From an uncultured Candidatus Saccharibacteria bacterium (GTDB lineage Bacteria; Patescibacteriota; Saccharimonadia; Saccharimonadales; Saccharimonadaceae): a DNA stretch of 58,507 nucleotides. The first letter of the stretch is position 1; each line of letters starts with the position of its first letter. The translations under genes were made by a program, and so were the position numbers. Below the pieces are notes generated by a model. The model saw only the letters and a list, made by a program, of their open reading frames with translations. It was not told the DNA's origin and did not search any database. Positions 9,294 to 19,674 of this stretch are shown piece after piece. Where the stretch lies: contig CBDERS010000043.1 of assembly GCA_965242265.1 (NCBI GenBank), positions 1 to 58,507 of the forward strand, read 5' to 3'.

Positions 9294-10921
9294 CGGCTAC
9301 CGGCAGTAGCCGAACCGGCACCATAAACGATGACAAAGTCTGACTTGGTATGATAACCGGCTAGCCCGCCCTGAACCGGCTCAACATTATATTTATGCTT
9401 GAGCGCCTCGGCTGTCTTGACCATGGCACTATTCAGCTGATAAATCGTCACCGCCGGTGTAGCTAGAGTCGGAGCATTAGAGACTACCCCGACAGTATAG
9501 CCATCAGTCTTTAGCCCGGCTGCCTTACCGGCTGCTAAGCCTTCTTGCCCCGAGCCGTTCAGTACATCTATCACCGCACCCTCCCGTACTACCGGATTCT
9601 TACTGAGATTTTTAGCGATATAGGCTTGGATCACCGAGTAGTCGAATACACCGGCTACCGGCACCTCACCGACATAAGCTCCACCACTGGAGTAAGATTG
9701 GATTAGATCCTCACCACCATCCTGCCGTCCAACGAAGGGTAGCTGTTTGATCTCAGCTAGCTTAAGCTTCGAGGCGACGCCGATAAGTGTCTGGACATGG
9801 CTGGTGTCAAAACTGGAGATCAGATTGTCACCCATACTGTTAATCAAGCCATTCACCGAAGTGGGATTAAGAATCGTCCCCACCGCCAGAGCCTTCTGCT
9901 GTAAGGCGGCTAAGATCTTTTGTTGATTCTTTTCTCGGTCATAGTTACTGCCGGCCAAGCCATAGTCACCCGGGTTGTGATTGCGGGCTCGAGCCAGAGC
10001 CAGAGCCTTTTCACCATCCAGGTGAGCAATCTCACCATTAGCAAAACGTAGCTTCGTCCCCGAGTCATAGATACCTCGTCGGTCAGTACTCTCGATCTTG
10101 ACATCTACTCCGCCAACCGCATTAACTGACTGAACTAGCGCCGTCCAGTCGGCATGCATATAGTAGTGGACGTTTAGCCCTAAGATCTCACTGACCTTAC
10201 CCATCAGTGCCTGTGCCCCGGCTTTCTCATCCTTATTCTTAGTATAAGCACAGTAAAAGACCTCGTTCAGCTTGCCTGAGGTACGACCGAGAGCCGGGCA
10301 TTTATACTTGACATATAGGTCTCGGGGCAGGCTGATCATATAGGCGTTATTCTTGTCTTGGTCGATGGATACCAGCATAATCGAATCTGTTAGCATAGCT
10401 CCGTCCCAAGCGTTCTCGCTCATCGAGTAGCCCGAGGTACCGAAGATCAGGATATTGGTTCGACCGTTTTTATCTTCCGCTAAGCGAGCTTTATTGGTAA
10501 AGATGGCTAGGGGATTACCCTTAAAGATCTTGCCGCTGGCCAGCAGTGCTTTCACCCCCAAGTAACCGGCTATCCCCAAGAGGACAACGATGATAATGAT
10601 AATGATTCTCTTAATTATCTTACCCTTGGATAAGTGACGCTTCGGCTTAAGCTTGGGCTGATCCGGCATTTGACGCTGACGACGTCCAGTCGGATGTGCC
10701 GGCACCTCGTCAGCAAGGTCCAAGTCGCCAATTTGCGACAGAGAGTCCTCAATATCGCTCAGTAACTTATCTTCCGGTGTCATCACCGGACGACGATTAG
10801 GCACCCGACGGGGAGGAGTAACGCCGGTAGCAGAAGCCTTAGAGACCGGCTTCTTAGTCGGTTGGCTAACCGGTCGAGGTCGTACCACGAACCCGTCGAT
10901 AGACTTAACTCGCTTTACCAT
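9290..10921 (-). CDS. LCP (LytR-CpsA-Psr) glycopolymer transferase with LytR_C domain
   Basis: TM, then NILIFG, TDSIMLV, SLPRDLYV, ALALARAR, REKNQQ, C-terminal VLNGSG..GLA. Confidence 0.92.
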   Translation of the reverse strand: MVKRVKSIDGFVVRPRPVSQPTKKPVSKASATGVTPPRRVPNRRPVMTPEDKLLSDIEDSLSQIGDLDLADEVPAHPTGRRQRQMPDQPKLKPKRHLSKGKIIKRIIIIIIVVLLGIAGYLGVKALLASGKIFKGNPLAIFTNKARLAEDKNGRTNILIFGTSGYSMSENAWDGAMLTDSIMLVSIDQDKNNAYMISLPRDLYVKYKCPALGRTSGKLNEVFYCAYTKNKDEKAGAQALMGKVSEILGLNVHYYMHADWTALVQSVNAVGGVDVKIESTDRRGIYDSGTKLRFANGEIAHLDGEKALALARARNHNPGDYGLAGSNYDREKNQQKILAALQQKALAVGTILNPTSVNGLINSMGDNLISSFDTSHVQTLIGVASKLKLAEIKQLPFVGRQDGGEDLIQSYSSGGAYVGEVPVAGVFDYSVIQAYIAKNLSKNPVVREGAVIDVLNGSGQEGLAAGKAAGLKTDGYTVGVVSNAPTLATPAVTIYQLNSAMVKTAEALKHKYNVEPVQGGLAGYHTKSDFVIVYGAGSATAGSR

Positions 10922-10990
10922 ACTTAACTCTAGCATTTTAGCAAACTAGCCACCACCAGTGCAACGCTATATGTGGTAAGATGTATAGGT

Positions 10991-12406
10991 ATGAGAGGCA
11001 GATCGTCATTTGTCTTTACCATCTTACTTATGATCGGCGATGCCCTGGCTGTAGTCAGTGCCTATAGTATCGCTTTTATCCTCCGAGTTAAGATCAGTGG
11101 TACACCTATTCACAACTCCATTCCTGCTAACACTTATCTCCAATCTCTCCTTTTATTAGTTCCCTTTATCATCATAATTTTCAGTGTGATCGGCCTCTAT
11201 CAGACCAGCCAACATCGTACTACCAGCTCAACCGTTGGGCGCCTACTGCTGGGGGCATTCCTAGCTATGATCTTCATGGTCTTCATCGACTATTTTTATG
11301 CTGAGCATGTCTTCCCGGCTAAGAAAGTCCCCCTCTATGGCTTAGCGATATCCATCGTCCTCTTGGGGCTGGTGCGGGGATTGCTCTACTTGGGACGCTA
11401 TCTGCGCAACCGCAGCAACATTGGGCTACCTAATGTCTTAATCGTTGGCGACAATGAAACAGCTAAATTACTAGTGAGAGATATTAAACGACCGGGTAGC
11501 AGCTATCACCTGCAAGGCGTAGTCGGTGATGGACGATTAAAATGGACTAATTACAAGACTTTCGACGAGGCGGTAGCCAACTTCCTGCCTAATATCATCA
11601 TCCAGGTCACTACTACCGAGAAGCCCAAGGTTGACAGTAAGATTCTGGCTTTCGCTCAGAAACACTACATCGACTTTATGTTTGTCCCCAGTGATGTCAA
11701 CGACTTATCAGACCACCTGGAGACTGAGTTATTTATGGGTGATATCCCGGTCATGATCGTCGAGCCTACTCGTCTGATCGGTTGGGGGCGTATCATCAAG
11801 CGGCTATTTGATATCGTCGCCAGCTTCTTCGCCATCATCATCTTGTCGCCGGTTTTTCTCTTAGTCTTCATCGCCGAGAAGCTAACTGACCATAAGGTTA
11901 GCGCCATCTTTCATCAGGTGAGGTTAACTAGAGGCGACCAGCTTTTCACTCTCTATAAGTTCCGGACTCAGTACGCTAAGTACGATGGTACTACCCCCGA
12001 GCAAGCCTTCAAGCGAATGGGGAAGCCCGAGCTGATCGAGAAATATCGGGCTAATGGCGACTTCCTTGATGACGACCCCAGAGTTACCCCGATCGGTCGT
12101 TACCTACGTCGTTTTTCTCTGGACGAATTGCCTCAGCTCTTCAACGTGCTGAAAGGTGATATATCACTGGTGGGACCCCGAGCATTAATCCCCCAGGAGC
12201 TAAACAGATACGAGCAGAAGCACAAGATCCTCAATGTGAAGTCCGGTATCACCGGATTAGCTCAGATATCCGGTCGACGAGATTTACCTTGGGAACAACG
12301 ACGGAAACTGGATATTTATTACGTACAGAATTGGAGCTTCGGACTGGATATTCAAATCTTATTTAAGACCGTCCGGCAAGTTTTTACCAGCCGAGGCGCC
12401 GTCTAA
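10991..12406 (+). CDS. polyprenyl glycosylphosphotransferase (priming sugar transferase, WcaJ/CpsE-like)
   Basis: 4 N-terminal TMs, KRLFD, KFRT, DDPRVT, SLDELPQLFNVLKGDISLVGPR. Confidence 0.93.
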   Translation: MRGRSSFVFTILLMIGDALAVVSAYSIAFILRVKISGTPIHNSIPANTYLQSLLLLVPFIIIIFSVIGLYQTSQHRTTSSTVGRLLLGAFLAMIFMVFIDYFYAEHVFPAKKVPLYGLAISIVLLGLVRGLLYLGRYLRNRSNIGLPNVLIVGDNETAKLLVRDIKRPGSSYHLQGVVGDGRLKWTNYKTFDEAVANFLPNIIIQVTTTEKPKVDSKILAFAQKHYIDFMFVPSDVNDLSDHLETELFMGDIPVMIVEPTRLIGWGRIIKRLFDIVASFFAIIILSPVFLLVFIAEKLTDHKVSAIFHQVRLTRGDQLFTLYKFRTQYAKYDGTTPEQAFKRMGKPELIEKYRANGDFLDDDPRVTPIGRYLRRFSLDELPQLFNVLKGDISLVGPRALIPQELNRYEQKHKILNVKSGITGLAQISGRRDLPWEQRRKLDIYYVQNWSFGLDIQILFKTVRQVFTSRGAV

Positions 12407-13789
12407 CAGCTTAGTACTTAGCAACGCCAGCACCAGATAAATATGCAGGGCATTAGGCAACCCGCTAAAGAAGCACCACTGCGTGAGGTAGGCAACTAAG
12501 ATAGCTAGTGCTAAATAATCTCGCCTCTGAAAGCATAATCTCCCGTATAGCGCTACCAGCCCACCTAATAGAGCTAGACCGACCAGTCCCCGCTCCAACA
12601 AGACTTCGATAAACTCATTTTGGACTATCTCCTTCTGATACCGACTTCCCGTCTGTCGAGCTAAGACTATCCCGGCTGAGCCCAGTCCGGTGCCAAAGAG
12701 TTGCTGACCGAGCTGATTAGACCGCCAAGCAGCCAGAGCAGTCTTCGTCAGACTTAGTCGCACGTTAGTCGACTCAACAACGTAGCCATGATAAGCCGGC
12801 TGTTTATCGTGCTCTTGAGAAATCAACGGTGGGGAAGTCGGCGATTTCCGCTGGTAGGGGAGTCGGATGATTCCCATTGATAGATGATTCAGACTAGTCG
12901 ATACCGCCTGAGTAAAGCTACTGTCGATCCGTAGGTTAGCACTAGCTAGAGTACCTTGACAGACCAGGCAGACCACTAGAGACAAGGCGACCGACCCTAC
13001 TACCGCCAGCTGACGACGCCACTTTCTGACTAACAAGATCATCACTACTAGGCTAGCCAAATAAGCATAGATTGCTCCTCGGGATAGCGTTAACCATAAA
13101 GTAGTCAGCATCAGTACTAATAGTAATGGCTGCTTAGCATAGTCATGCTTCTCCCGTAAGGTTAGATAAGTGATATAAAGAAGTGGCGCCAATAATAAAC
13201 TACCTAAGAACTGCGGTTCGATCGCCAGTAGGTTTGGCCGGATGAAGCCAAACTGTCCCGCCACGCAGCCGGCACACAGCCCTAAGGTATGGCGATCAGC
13301 GACAACAAATGTCCCTAAGACCATCTGGGCAATCGCCAAGAGGCAAGCCGAAGTCGTCGTCCGGATAGCTACCCTCACTAGCTTTGGTAATAGCTGACAC
13401 AGCAGACGACGCTCAGTCACTAACGCTAAGAAGATGAGATACAGTGTAGCGTATACAGCAAAAGTCAGTAGACCTCTAGTACGATTATCTGACCAGATTA
13501 CACATAAACCTGACCAGCCAACAAAGGCACTAGCCAGCCGGACCAGCCCCAACTGCCTCAGTTCCGACCGGTGGTGCCAAACCCTCGGCAACCCGACAAT
13601 TGCTAATATCACAACATAGATCAGAGTCAGTGACAGCTCGTAGTTCATCGTGCCATCTTCCGCCAAACTGATTCGTGGTAAATAAGAAAACCAGATCATA
13701 ATTGGCGCCATGAGCCAGAGCCGTTCCAGTAGTGACAGCCGCCAAAATGTCTTCAATTTAGTTAGGATTAGCTTTAATTTACCGGTCAC
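12359..13789 (-). CDS. O-antigen ligase/polymerase (Wzy_C) family membrane protein
   Basis: multi-TM protein; EPQFLG, TLSRGA, FGTGLGS, QNEFIEVLLERGLVG. Confidence 0.8.
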   Translation of the reverse strand: MTGKLKLILTKLKTFWRLSLLERLWLMAPIMIWFSYLPRISLAEDGTMNYELSLTLIYVVILAIVGLPRVWHHRSELRQLGLVRLASAFVGWSGLCVIWSDNRTRGLLTFAVYATLYLIFLALVTERRLLCQLLPKLVRVAIRTTTSACLLAIAQMVLGTFVVADRHTLGLCAGCVAGQFGFIRPNLLAIEPQFLGSLLLAPLLYITYLTLREKHDYAKQPLLLVLMLTTLWLTLSRGAIYAYLASLVVMILLVRKWRRQLAVVGSVALSLVVCLVCQGTLASANLRIDSSFTQAVSTSLNHLSMGIIRLPYQRKSPTSPPLISQEHDKQPAYHGYVVESTNVRLSLTKTALAAWRSNQLGQQLFGTGLGSAGIVLARQTGSRYQKEIVQNEFIEVLLERGLVGLALLGGLVALYGRLCFQRRDYLALAILVAYLTQWCFFSGLPNALHIYLVLALLSTKLLDGASAGKNLPDGLK

Positions 13790-14946
13790 TGCTCTATTAT
13801 CTGCTTAATATTCTTCCGAAAGTGCTCCGCAGAGAAACGTTCAGCCGATTTAACTACTTGGTCATGCTTAAATTGTGCGACGTTAAATCTTTTTATTCCC
13901 TCCGCCAAGCTATTGACCGTTTGTTCCGGGAAAAATAATCCATTTACCCCGTCTCTAATGATATCGGCCGACCCGCCACGCCGGAATGCCAGTACCGGCA
14001 ACCCGCTCGCTAATGCCTCGACCGGTACGATGCCGAAAGGCTCCAGGCTGGGGAAAATTAGCCCTTTAGCTGACCGATAATATTTAACTATCTCTCCTAC
14101 CCCGTCATATTTAGGTAAGAACTTGATCTGTGGGCTATCCCCCGCCAGTTTCACCAGTGAATTGTGTTCCGGCCCGCTACCGATCACCAGCAAGTTCTCT
14201 CCGGTTTCCAGGCAAGCTTGGATAGCTAAGTCGAATCTCTTCCAATTCACCTGCCGACCGGCTACGACATAAAAGTCTCCCCCTCCAAATAGCTCTTGGC
14301 GGATCTGACGGATATCCTTCGCTTTTACTTGCTGACTAGCTAGCTTGATCTGGTCTACTTGGGCCAGAGGAAACAACACTTGACTGGATCTACCATAGTA
14401 ACGCTTGATCTCATCTGCTACGTAGTGTGAATTAGCCAGCAAAGCATCGGGGCGCTGAGCCGCTCGCCAGTCCGAACGACGCATCGGCTTGATCAGCACT
14501 CTTAATCCGAAACGAGCTAGCCAATTAAGCTTACCGAAGCCGGGGTTAGCGATATATTGATCATACATACCCCAGTAATACTGGGTAGGTGGACCCTGTA
14601 AATAGGCAATATGACGAGTACCGCTCGCCACTTTGATACCTTTACATTCAGCATTGCAGACTGAGATAACGATATCATAGCCGGTCAAGCACAAGTGATT
14701 AAAGTAGTGCGCCCGCAAAGGAGCGATGAACTTACGTAAAGCCCTAGGCAGAATATTTAACCAGCCCGTAATCACTCGTTTACCCTGAAACTTAGTAGCC
14801 GAACGAGGACGATATTGCGAAGTATAGATCGGTGCTTCGGGAAAAATCTTAGTTAACTCTAAGAGTACTTGTTCCGCCCCACCAATCTCCGTCAACCAAT
14901 CACAGACTAGAGCGATGCGGGGATTGCTATCTGCCTCACTAGACAT
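13786..14946 (-). CDS. GT4 glycosyltransferase
   Basis: DWLTEIGGAEQV, EPFGIVPVEALASG. Confidence 0.92.
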   Translation of the reverse strand: MSSEADSNPRIALVCDWLTEIGGAEQVLLELTKIFPEAPIYTSQYRPRSATKFQGKRVITGWLNILPRALRKFIAPLRAHYFNHLCLTGYDIVISVCNAECKGIKVASGTRHIAYLQGPPTQYYWGMYDQYIANPGFGKLNWLARFGLRVLIKPMRRSDWRAAQRPDALLANSHYVADEIKRYYGRSSQVLFPLAQVDQIKLASQQVKAKDIRQIRQELFGGGDFYVVAGRQVNWKRFDLAIQACLETGENLLVIGSGPEHNSLVKLAGDSPQIKFLPKYDGVGEIVKYYRSAKGLIFPSLEPFGIVPVEALASGLPVLAFRRGGSADIIRDGVNGLFFPEQTVNSLAEGIKRFNVAQFKHDQVVKSAERFSAEHFRKNIKQIIEQ

Positions 14947-17213
14947 TACCTGTTTTTAGTTAAGTACTCTAAGTAATCAGCTTGACCGGCTACCTGATTA
15001 CTCAGGTTCAGCATATCTATATGCTGACGATATCGTTTACTCAGCTTGAACCGAATCCGCTTTAGTAGATTCTTAGTTTGCTCTTTTAGTTTTAGCATTG
15101 GCAAGATCTTGAGTGTTCGCCAAACAGCTCGTTGAATCCCCGGGTCAGCCTGTTGAAAGTCATCATAATTTTGGTCGATAAACTCTCGTACTGACAACTG
15201 TGTCTCTAGTTTACCTTTACGAGTCTGGTTGTCGTGAGCATAGCTATAATCCTGGATCAGACGGAGCCAGAAGAAATCAGCATACTGACTATACATACCC
15301 TGTTCCTTGAGGTAGCGAAATATCGACTCAGTAATCTTGAGATAATCCGCACTTGACTTATGCTTGCGAAACGATGTCGACATGATGCTGCTGGGACGAC
15401 GAATGTAATTATATAGCTTATCTTTACAAAAGAAGATGGTTTGGCACCTCAACATATAACAGTTACAAAAGTAAGCATCCTCAAAGAGTAAACCATCGGG
15501 GAACTTGATATCATAACGGTCAATGATATCTTTACGAAAAATCTTATTCCACAGCGAAACATCCGTATTAACGATTAACTGCCAGTTGATGAGCTGAGAA
15601 TCATTGTATTTCTGCTCTAGATAAGACTTAGTGTCACGCCTCAACTTACGCTCCAGCTGATTTAATATGACATTCTGGCTACAGATAGCCAGGTCGACCT
15701 GACGTCGCTCCATGATATTAAACATCTTGAGACACATATTGAGGGTGTAGGTGTCATCGCTATCACACCACATAATATACTTACCACTAGCCCGTCGCAA
15801 CCCTTCATTACGAGCTGTCGCTACCCCGGCATTTTTCTGATGATAAACCTTGATGCGTTTGTCTTGTTTAGCATATTTCTTTAATAGCGCCAACGATCCG
15901 TCGGTTGAGCCGTCATCAATGCAAATCATCTCGATATTCGCCAGAGTCTGATTAATTAAGCTATCGATAGTTTCCGTCAGATATTGCTCGGCATTGTAGA
16001 CAGGGATGATGACAGAGATAAAAGGCTGACTGGCTACAGACGGCTCGGCGTATTTCGTCAGCTGATCAACCATCTCCCCTTGATAATGACTAATACTGTC
16101 ATCGTTAAGCTTAATTGAGCCGGCTAGCTTATAGATAACCTCTTGTCGTTTGATATATGACCTACTTAGGTGCGATAGTGCTCGACCCATCCGACGACAG
16201 ATCTTACCGATAGCTTGACGGATCGCCCGACGCCGCAAATATCGACTAGGTGATTTCATAATCCTCTTTAAGTCTTCTCTGTGTTGATCATCAAAATCAG
16301 CTAGATCGAAATAGCCCTCCGACTGATCCTGCTTGAATTCTTCCGCCATCCGCTCAGTAAAATCACGCAGATTCTGACCATCCAATCTACTCTGGTTCCA
16401 ATGGTAGATATCATACTTACGCCAAGTATAAACTGACTTCAGCTGATCCATCCGACCATGATCAATCAGGTATTGTTTAATGCTGTCAAACTCGTCACAG
16501 ACGCAGAAAACTTTAGCCCGACTCTTAACCGATGAGGTCTCGTTATCAATCCGATAGTGTAAGTAAGCCTTGGTGGTATAGATAGCCCGATCAGCCATCG
16601 TCCAGACCTTGAAATTAAAACCGGTATCCTGGTAAGACGCTCCTGGCGTAGACAAAAAAGTAATCTTGTTGTCTACCAGAAATTGCTTCAGGTATAGACC
16701 CGACCAGATTGACGCCATACAGTTAAAGATATAAGGTGTCTGACGAGGTACAACTATCGTACCAACTTCGCTAGGGTCCATCAGATTACACTTAGTATTG
16801 TTGCCACCACTGCGACTAACATAGAAATAGAAATTGCTTTTCACTGCCTGCGCTTGGTTATCCTCAGCTAGCTTAGTAAGCTCGGCAAACATAGTTGGTT
16901 CCGCCCAGTCGTCCGATTCGACAATCCCGATGTACTTACCCCTAGCTTTCTTCATCCCCTGGTTCATGCTGTCACCATAACCGGAGTTAGCTTTATCCAG
17001 TAGCTTAAACCTCTTATCTCGTTTCATGTACGACTGGATGATCGCCAAGCAACCATCAGTTGACCCGTCGTTGATACAGATGAACTCGGCATCTTTAATA
17101 GTCTGGGCTGCCAGACTGGCTAAACACTGGTCTAAGTACTTCTCTACGTTATATATCGGTATTAAAACCGACACCAACGGTTGCCCACCATCACGTAACG
17201 GCTTCTTCTTCAT
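14946..17213 (-). CDS. double-domain GT2 glycosyltransferase
   Basis: two GT2 units: VSVLIPIYN...DGSTD...ESDD and ISVIIPVYN...DGSTD...DSDD. Confidence 0.92.
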   Translation of the reverse strand: MKKKPLRDGGQPLVSVLIPIYNVEKYLDQCLASLAAQTIKDAEFICINDGSTDGCLAIIQSYMKRDKRFKLLDKANSGYGDSMNQGMKKARGKYIGIVESDDWAEPTMFAELTKLAEDNQAQAVKSNFYFYVSRSGGNNTKCNLMDPSEVGTIVVPRQTPYIFNCMASIWSGLYLKQFLVDNKITFLSTPGASYQDTGFNFKVWTMADRAIYTTKAYLHYRIDNETSSVKSRAKVFCVCDEFDSIKQYLIDHGRMDQLKSVYTWRKYDIYHWNQSRLDGQNLRDFTERMAEEFKQDQSEGYFDLADFDDQHREDLKRIMKSPSRYLRRRAIRQAIGKICRRMGRALSHLSRSYIKRQEVIYKLAGSIKLNDDSISHYQGEMVDQLTKYAEPSVASQPFISVIIPVYNAEQYLTETIDSLINQTLANIEMICIDDGSTDGSLALLKKYAKQDKRIKVYHQKNAGVATARNEGLRRASGKYIMWCDSDDTYTLNMCLKMFNIMERRQVDLAICSQNVILNQLERKLRRDTKSYLEQKYNDSQLINWQLIVNTDVSLWNKIFRKDIIDRYDIKFPDGLLFEDAYFCNCYMLRCQTIFFCKDKLYNYIRRPSSIMSTSFRKHKSSADYLKITESIFRYLKEQGMYSQYADFFWLRLIQDYSYAHDNQTRKGKLETQLSVREFIDQNYDDFQQADPGIQRAVWRTLKILPMLKLKEQTKNLLKRIRFKLSKRYRQHIDMLNLSNQVAGQADYLEYLTKNR

Positions 17214-17230
17214 GTTGTCTATTATAGCAT

Positions 17231-19033
17231 CTAGCGATAAGACTCGTACGCTTGACCATTTTTCCAGGTGATAGAGCCACCCTCAAAGTCTTGCCTGACA
17301 CCACCGCTGATCATGTATTCATCGCTAGTCGGATAGCCCAGTCTCCCCCACTCATAACCGAGCTGCATCCACTTACTCTTTATGCCGCCCAATAGCACAT
17401 GAGCACCCGTCTTGGGACTATAGTAGATCGAGCCATTAGCACCCTGCATCGCCTGGTAGCAACCACCTCTGACTAGACTACATACCTGATCCATCTTAGG
17501 ATAGCCCATAGCACTCTTATTGCGACCAATCTCCCGATACTTCTGAGCAATCTGACCATAGTTGGCATAAGCGAGATATCCGTTATACCAGTAGATTGAT
17601 CCACGCTCGAAATCACGATAGCAGTTGAGTCCATCGTAGCAACGCTCCCCATTAGTTGGATAACCTATCGGACTATTCTCGAAGCCCAGCCGGAACCACT
17701 TGTCCCTAATCGCTCCATGAATTACCATACCATTGTACTTTGGTGTCCAGTAGATTGACCCGCCCTGATAATGCTGATAGCAGCCCTGCTCAACCAAGCC
17801 GCAGCCCTCTTTGGATACCGGATAACCAAGCATACCATTTTCGAACTTCATCTGCCTATATGTCTCTCTAATGCCACCATAATTTTCATGAGCACCGGTC
17901 TGCGGATGATAGAGGATCGCCCCGCCCTCAAAGTTCTGATAGCTACCGCCGCCCTTAATTCCGTCGACTTGATTTCCTACAGGGTAGCCAAGTACACCAT
18001 ACTCTAACCCCAGCTCAAACCAACGTTGGTGAATCTTACCTTTTCTGACGGCGTGACCACCTAAAGCTTTAGTCCAATAGACAACACCTCTATCAAATAC
18101 CTGATAGCAACCCTGGTTTTTCAGCCCACATGATTCATTCATCGTCGGGTTACCAAGTACCCTTGCTCCACCGGCTGAGTTATAGCCATCAAGGATACCA
18201 CCATAGACTTCATATCCCCTAGTACTGCCGAACCAATTAGTAAACATGTTATAGAAATTGCGGTTACCATAGGCACTACAAGCATCACCGTAGCCCCAGT
18301 TAGCTCGGAGTGCTGCCTGGTTGGGTACATAGGGAGTATAGCGATAAAGAGCGGAAGTAGCCCGGTTAGCTACGTAAACTCGCTTCGAACCACAACTACG
18401 ATTCGGATGATATAGGATATTACTCGTCTCGTAAGCCGGATAGTTACTCCAACCACCATTAAGTACCTCACGGAAGAAAGCTGCCGCTGAGCGAACTTGA
18501 TTAATGAAGCCGGCGTGTTCCGGTCGACAACCCTTGCCGTCGTCCGGACAATTAAAGCCTGTGGCGTGGTTGTATTCAAGATTGCTGGGGAAAGTATCGC
18601 TGATCAGCCGCTGCTCTTTCTCCAGTACAACCAGCAGAACTTGAGGGTTAATGTGATAATCCTGAGCCGCTTGCCAGATAATATGCGAGGTCGTCTGACC
18701 GCTAAACATTTCATCTGCCATACAGACGAAGTGACCATCCTTTATATTGTAGTGATATCCCTTGACCGCCTTAGCTAGGTTACGGTCATTACATGGGTTC
18801 TTACTATGGAGAAAGTCCCAGATATTCCGCTCACTCATGGTGGTAGTATTACTCATGACGAAGTCAGTCATGATATTACTATCATCATAGCCGGCTAAGT
18901 AAGCTTTAGCCTGTTTACCGGGATGAAATAGCGTATATACCATCAGACTACAGCAAAGTAAACTCACCAGTAGTACCACAGCTATCGTCAGCCGTGACTT
19001 GTGGGCGGTTATCTTCAGTCCACCATCTTTCAT
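17231..19033 (-). CDS. exported LGFP-repeat protein with N-terminal putative lysozyme-like domain
   Basis: signal peptide; INPQVLLVVLEKEQ...NRATSALYRYTP domain; six LGNP/LGYP/IGYP/MGYP repeats with YQ.F(E/Q)GG.IYW. Confidence 0.85.
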   Translation of the reverse strand: MKDGGLKITAHKSRLTIAVVLLVSLLCCSLMVYTLFHPGKQAKAYLAGYDDSNIMTDFVMSNTTTMSERNIWDFLHSKNPCNDRNLAKAVKGYHYNIKDGHFVCMADEMFSGQTTSHIIWQAAQDYHINPQVLLVVLEKEQRLISDTFPSNLEYNHATGFNCPDDGKGCRPEHAGFINQVRSAAAFFREVLNGGWSNYPAYETSNILYHPNRSCGSKRVYVANRATSALYRYTPYVPNQAALRANWGYGDACSAYGNRNFYNMFTNWFGSTRGYEVYGGILDGYNSAGGARVLGNPTMNESCGLKNQGCYQVFDRGVVYWTKALGGHAVRKGKIHQRWFELGLEYGVLGYPVGNQVDGIKGGGSYQNFEGGAILYHPQTGAHENYGGIRETYRQMKFENGMLGYPVSKEGCGLVEQGCYQHYQGGSIYWTPKYNGMVIHGAIRDKWFRLGFENSPIGYPTNGERCYDGLNCYRDFERGSIYWYNGYLAYANYGQIAQKYREIGRNKSAMGYPKMDQVCSLVRGGCYQAMQGANGSIYYSPKTGAHVLLGGIKSKWMQLGYEWGRLGYPTSDEYMISGGVRQDFEGGSITWKNGQAYESYR

Positions 19034-19620
19034 AGATCTACCTCGTCAGTAATGGTGCCGGTCTTACCACCACCACTGGTCACCACTTTGACAACCCAAT
19101 GACCCTTAACCTGTCCCAGCTTACTAACCGGAATATCCCAACCATAACAGCTGGAAGTCTGCGGGTTAGCAATTAGTTTAGCCCGATCAGTATAAGTCCG
19201 TCCATTAGAGTGAGTTAGAGTTAGTTCACATTTTCCATTAGGATCATCAATCCACTGGTTAATGGTAACTCGCACTCTCATCGTCTCGTTCACCGGAGTA
19301 GCGATACTGACCGAACCGGTTAAAGAGGGCTGACTCTGAGTGCTACCACCCTCATAGCGGGCTGGCGCTTTCCCCGTGCCTTGATTAGTCGAATGTGGCT
19401 GATTAGTCCTGCCGTTCTCGGTAGTTACGGTCTTATCTGTATGATTATCGCTCGTCTTAATAGTCTTCTTGTGACTATCCTGTTTAGCTTCTTTGGCTTG
19501 GTCTCTTTTAGCTGTCCGGTTGTGGGTAACTGCCGCATAGGTGATGCCACCCGCTATAAGCGCCAGCACTACTAATGTGATTATTATTATTTTTCTGTTG
19601 GAGTGTTTACGTATCTTCAT
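19030..19620 (-). CDS. membrane-anchored hypothetical protein with Cys-paired beta domain (paralog of 27597-28196)
   Basis: N-terminal TM, polar linker, VRVTIN...G.CELTL...IAN..TSSC.GWD...G.W.V.V...G. Confidence 0.8.
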   Translation of the reverse strand: MKIRKHSNRKIIIITLVVLALIAGGITYAAVTHNRTAKRDQAKEAKQDSHKKTIKTSDNHTDKTVTTENGRTNQPHSTNQGTGKAPARYEGGSTQSQPSLTGSVSIATPVNETMRVRVTINQWIDDPNGKCELTLTHSNGRTYTDRAKLIANPQTSSCYGWDIPVSKLGQVKGHWVVKVVTSGGGKTGTITDEVDL

Positions 19621-19674
19621 AATTATTCCTTTTCACTTATGTTAATCATAGCACGTTTATTGTTCTGGCGTAAA

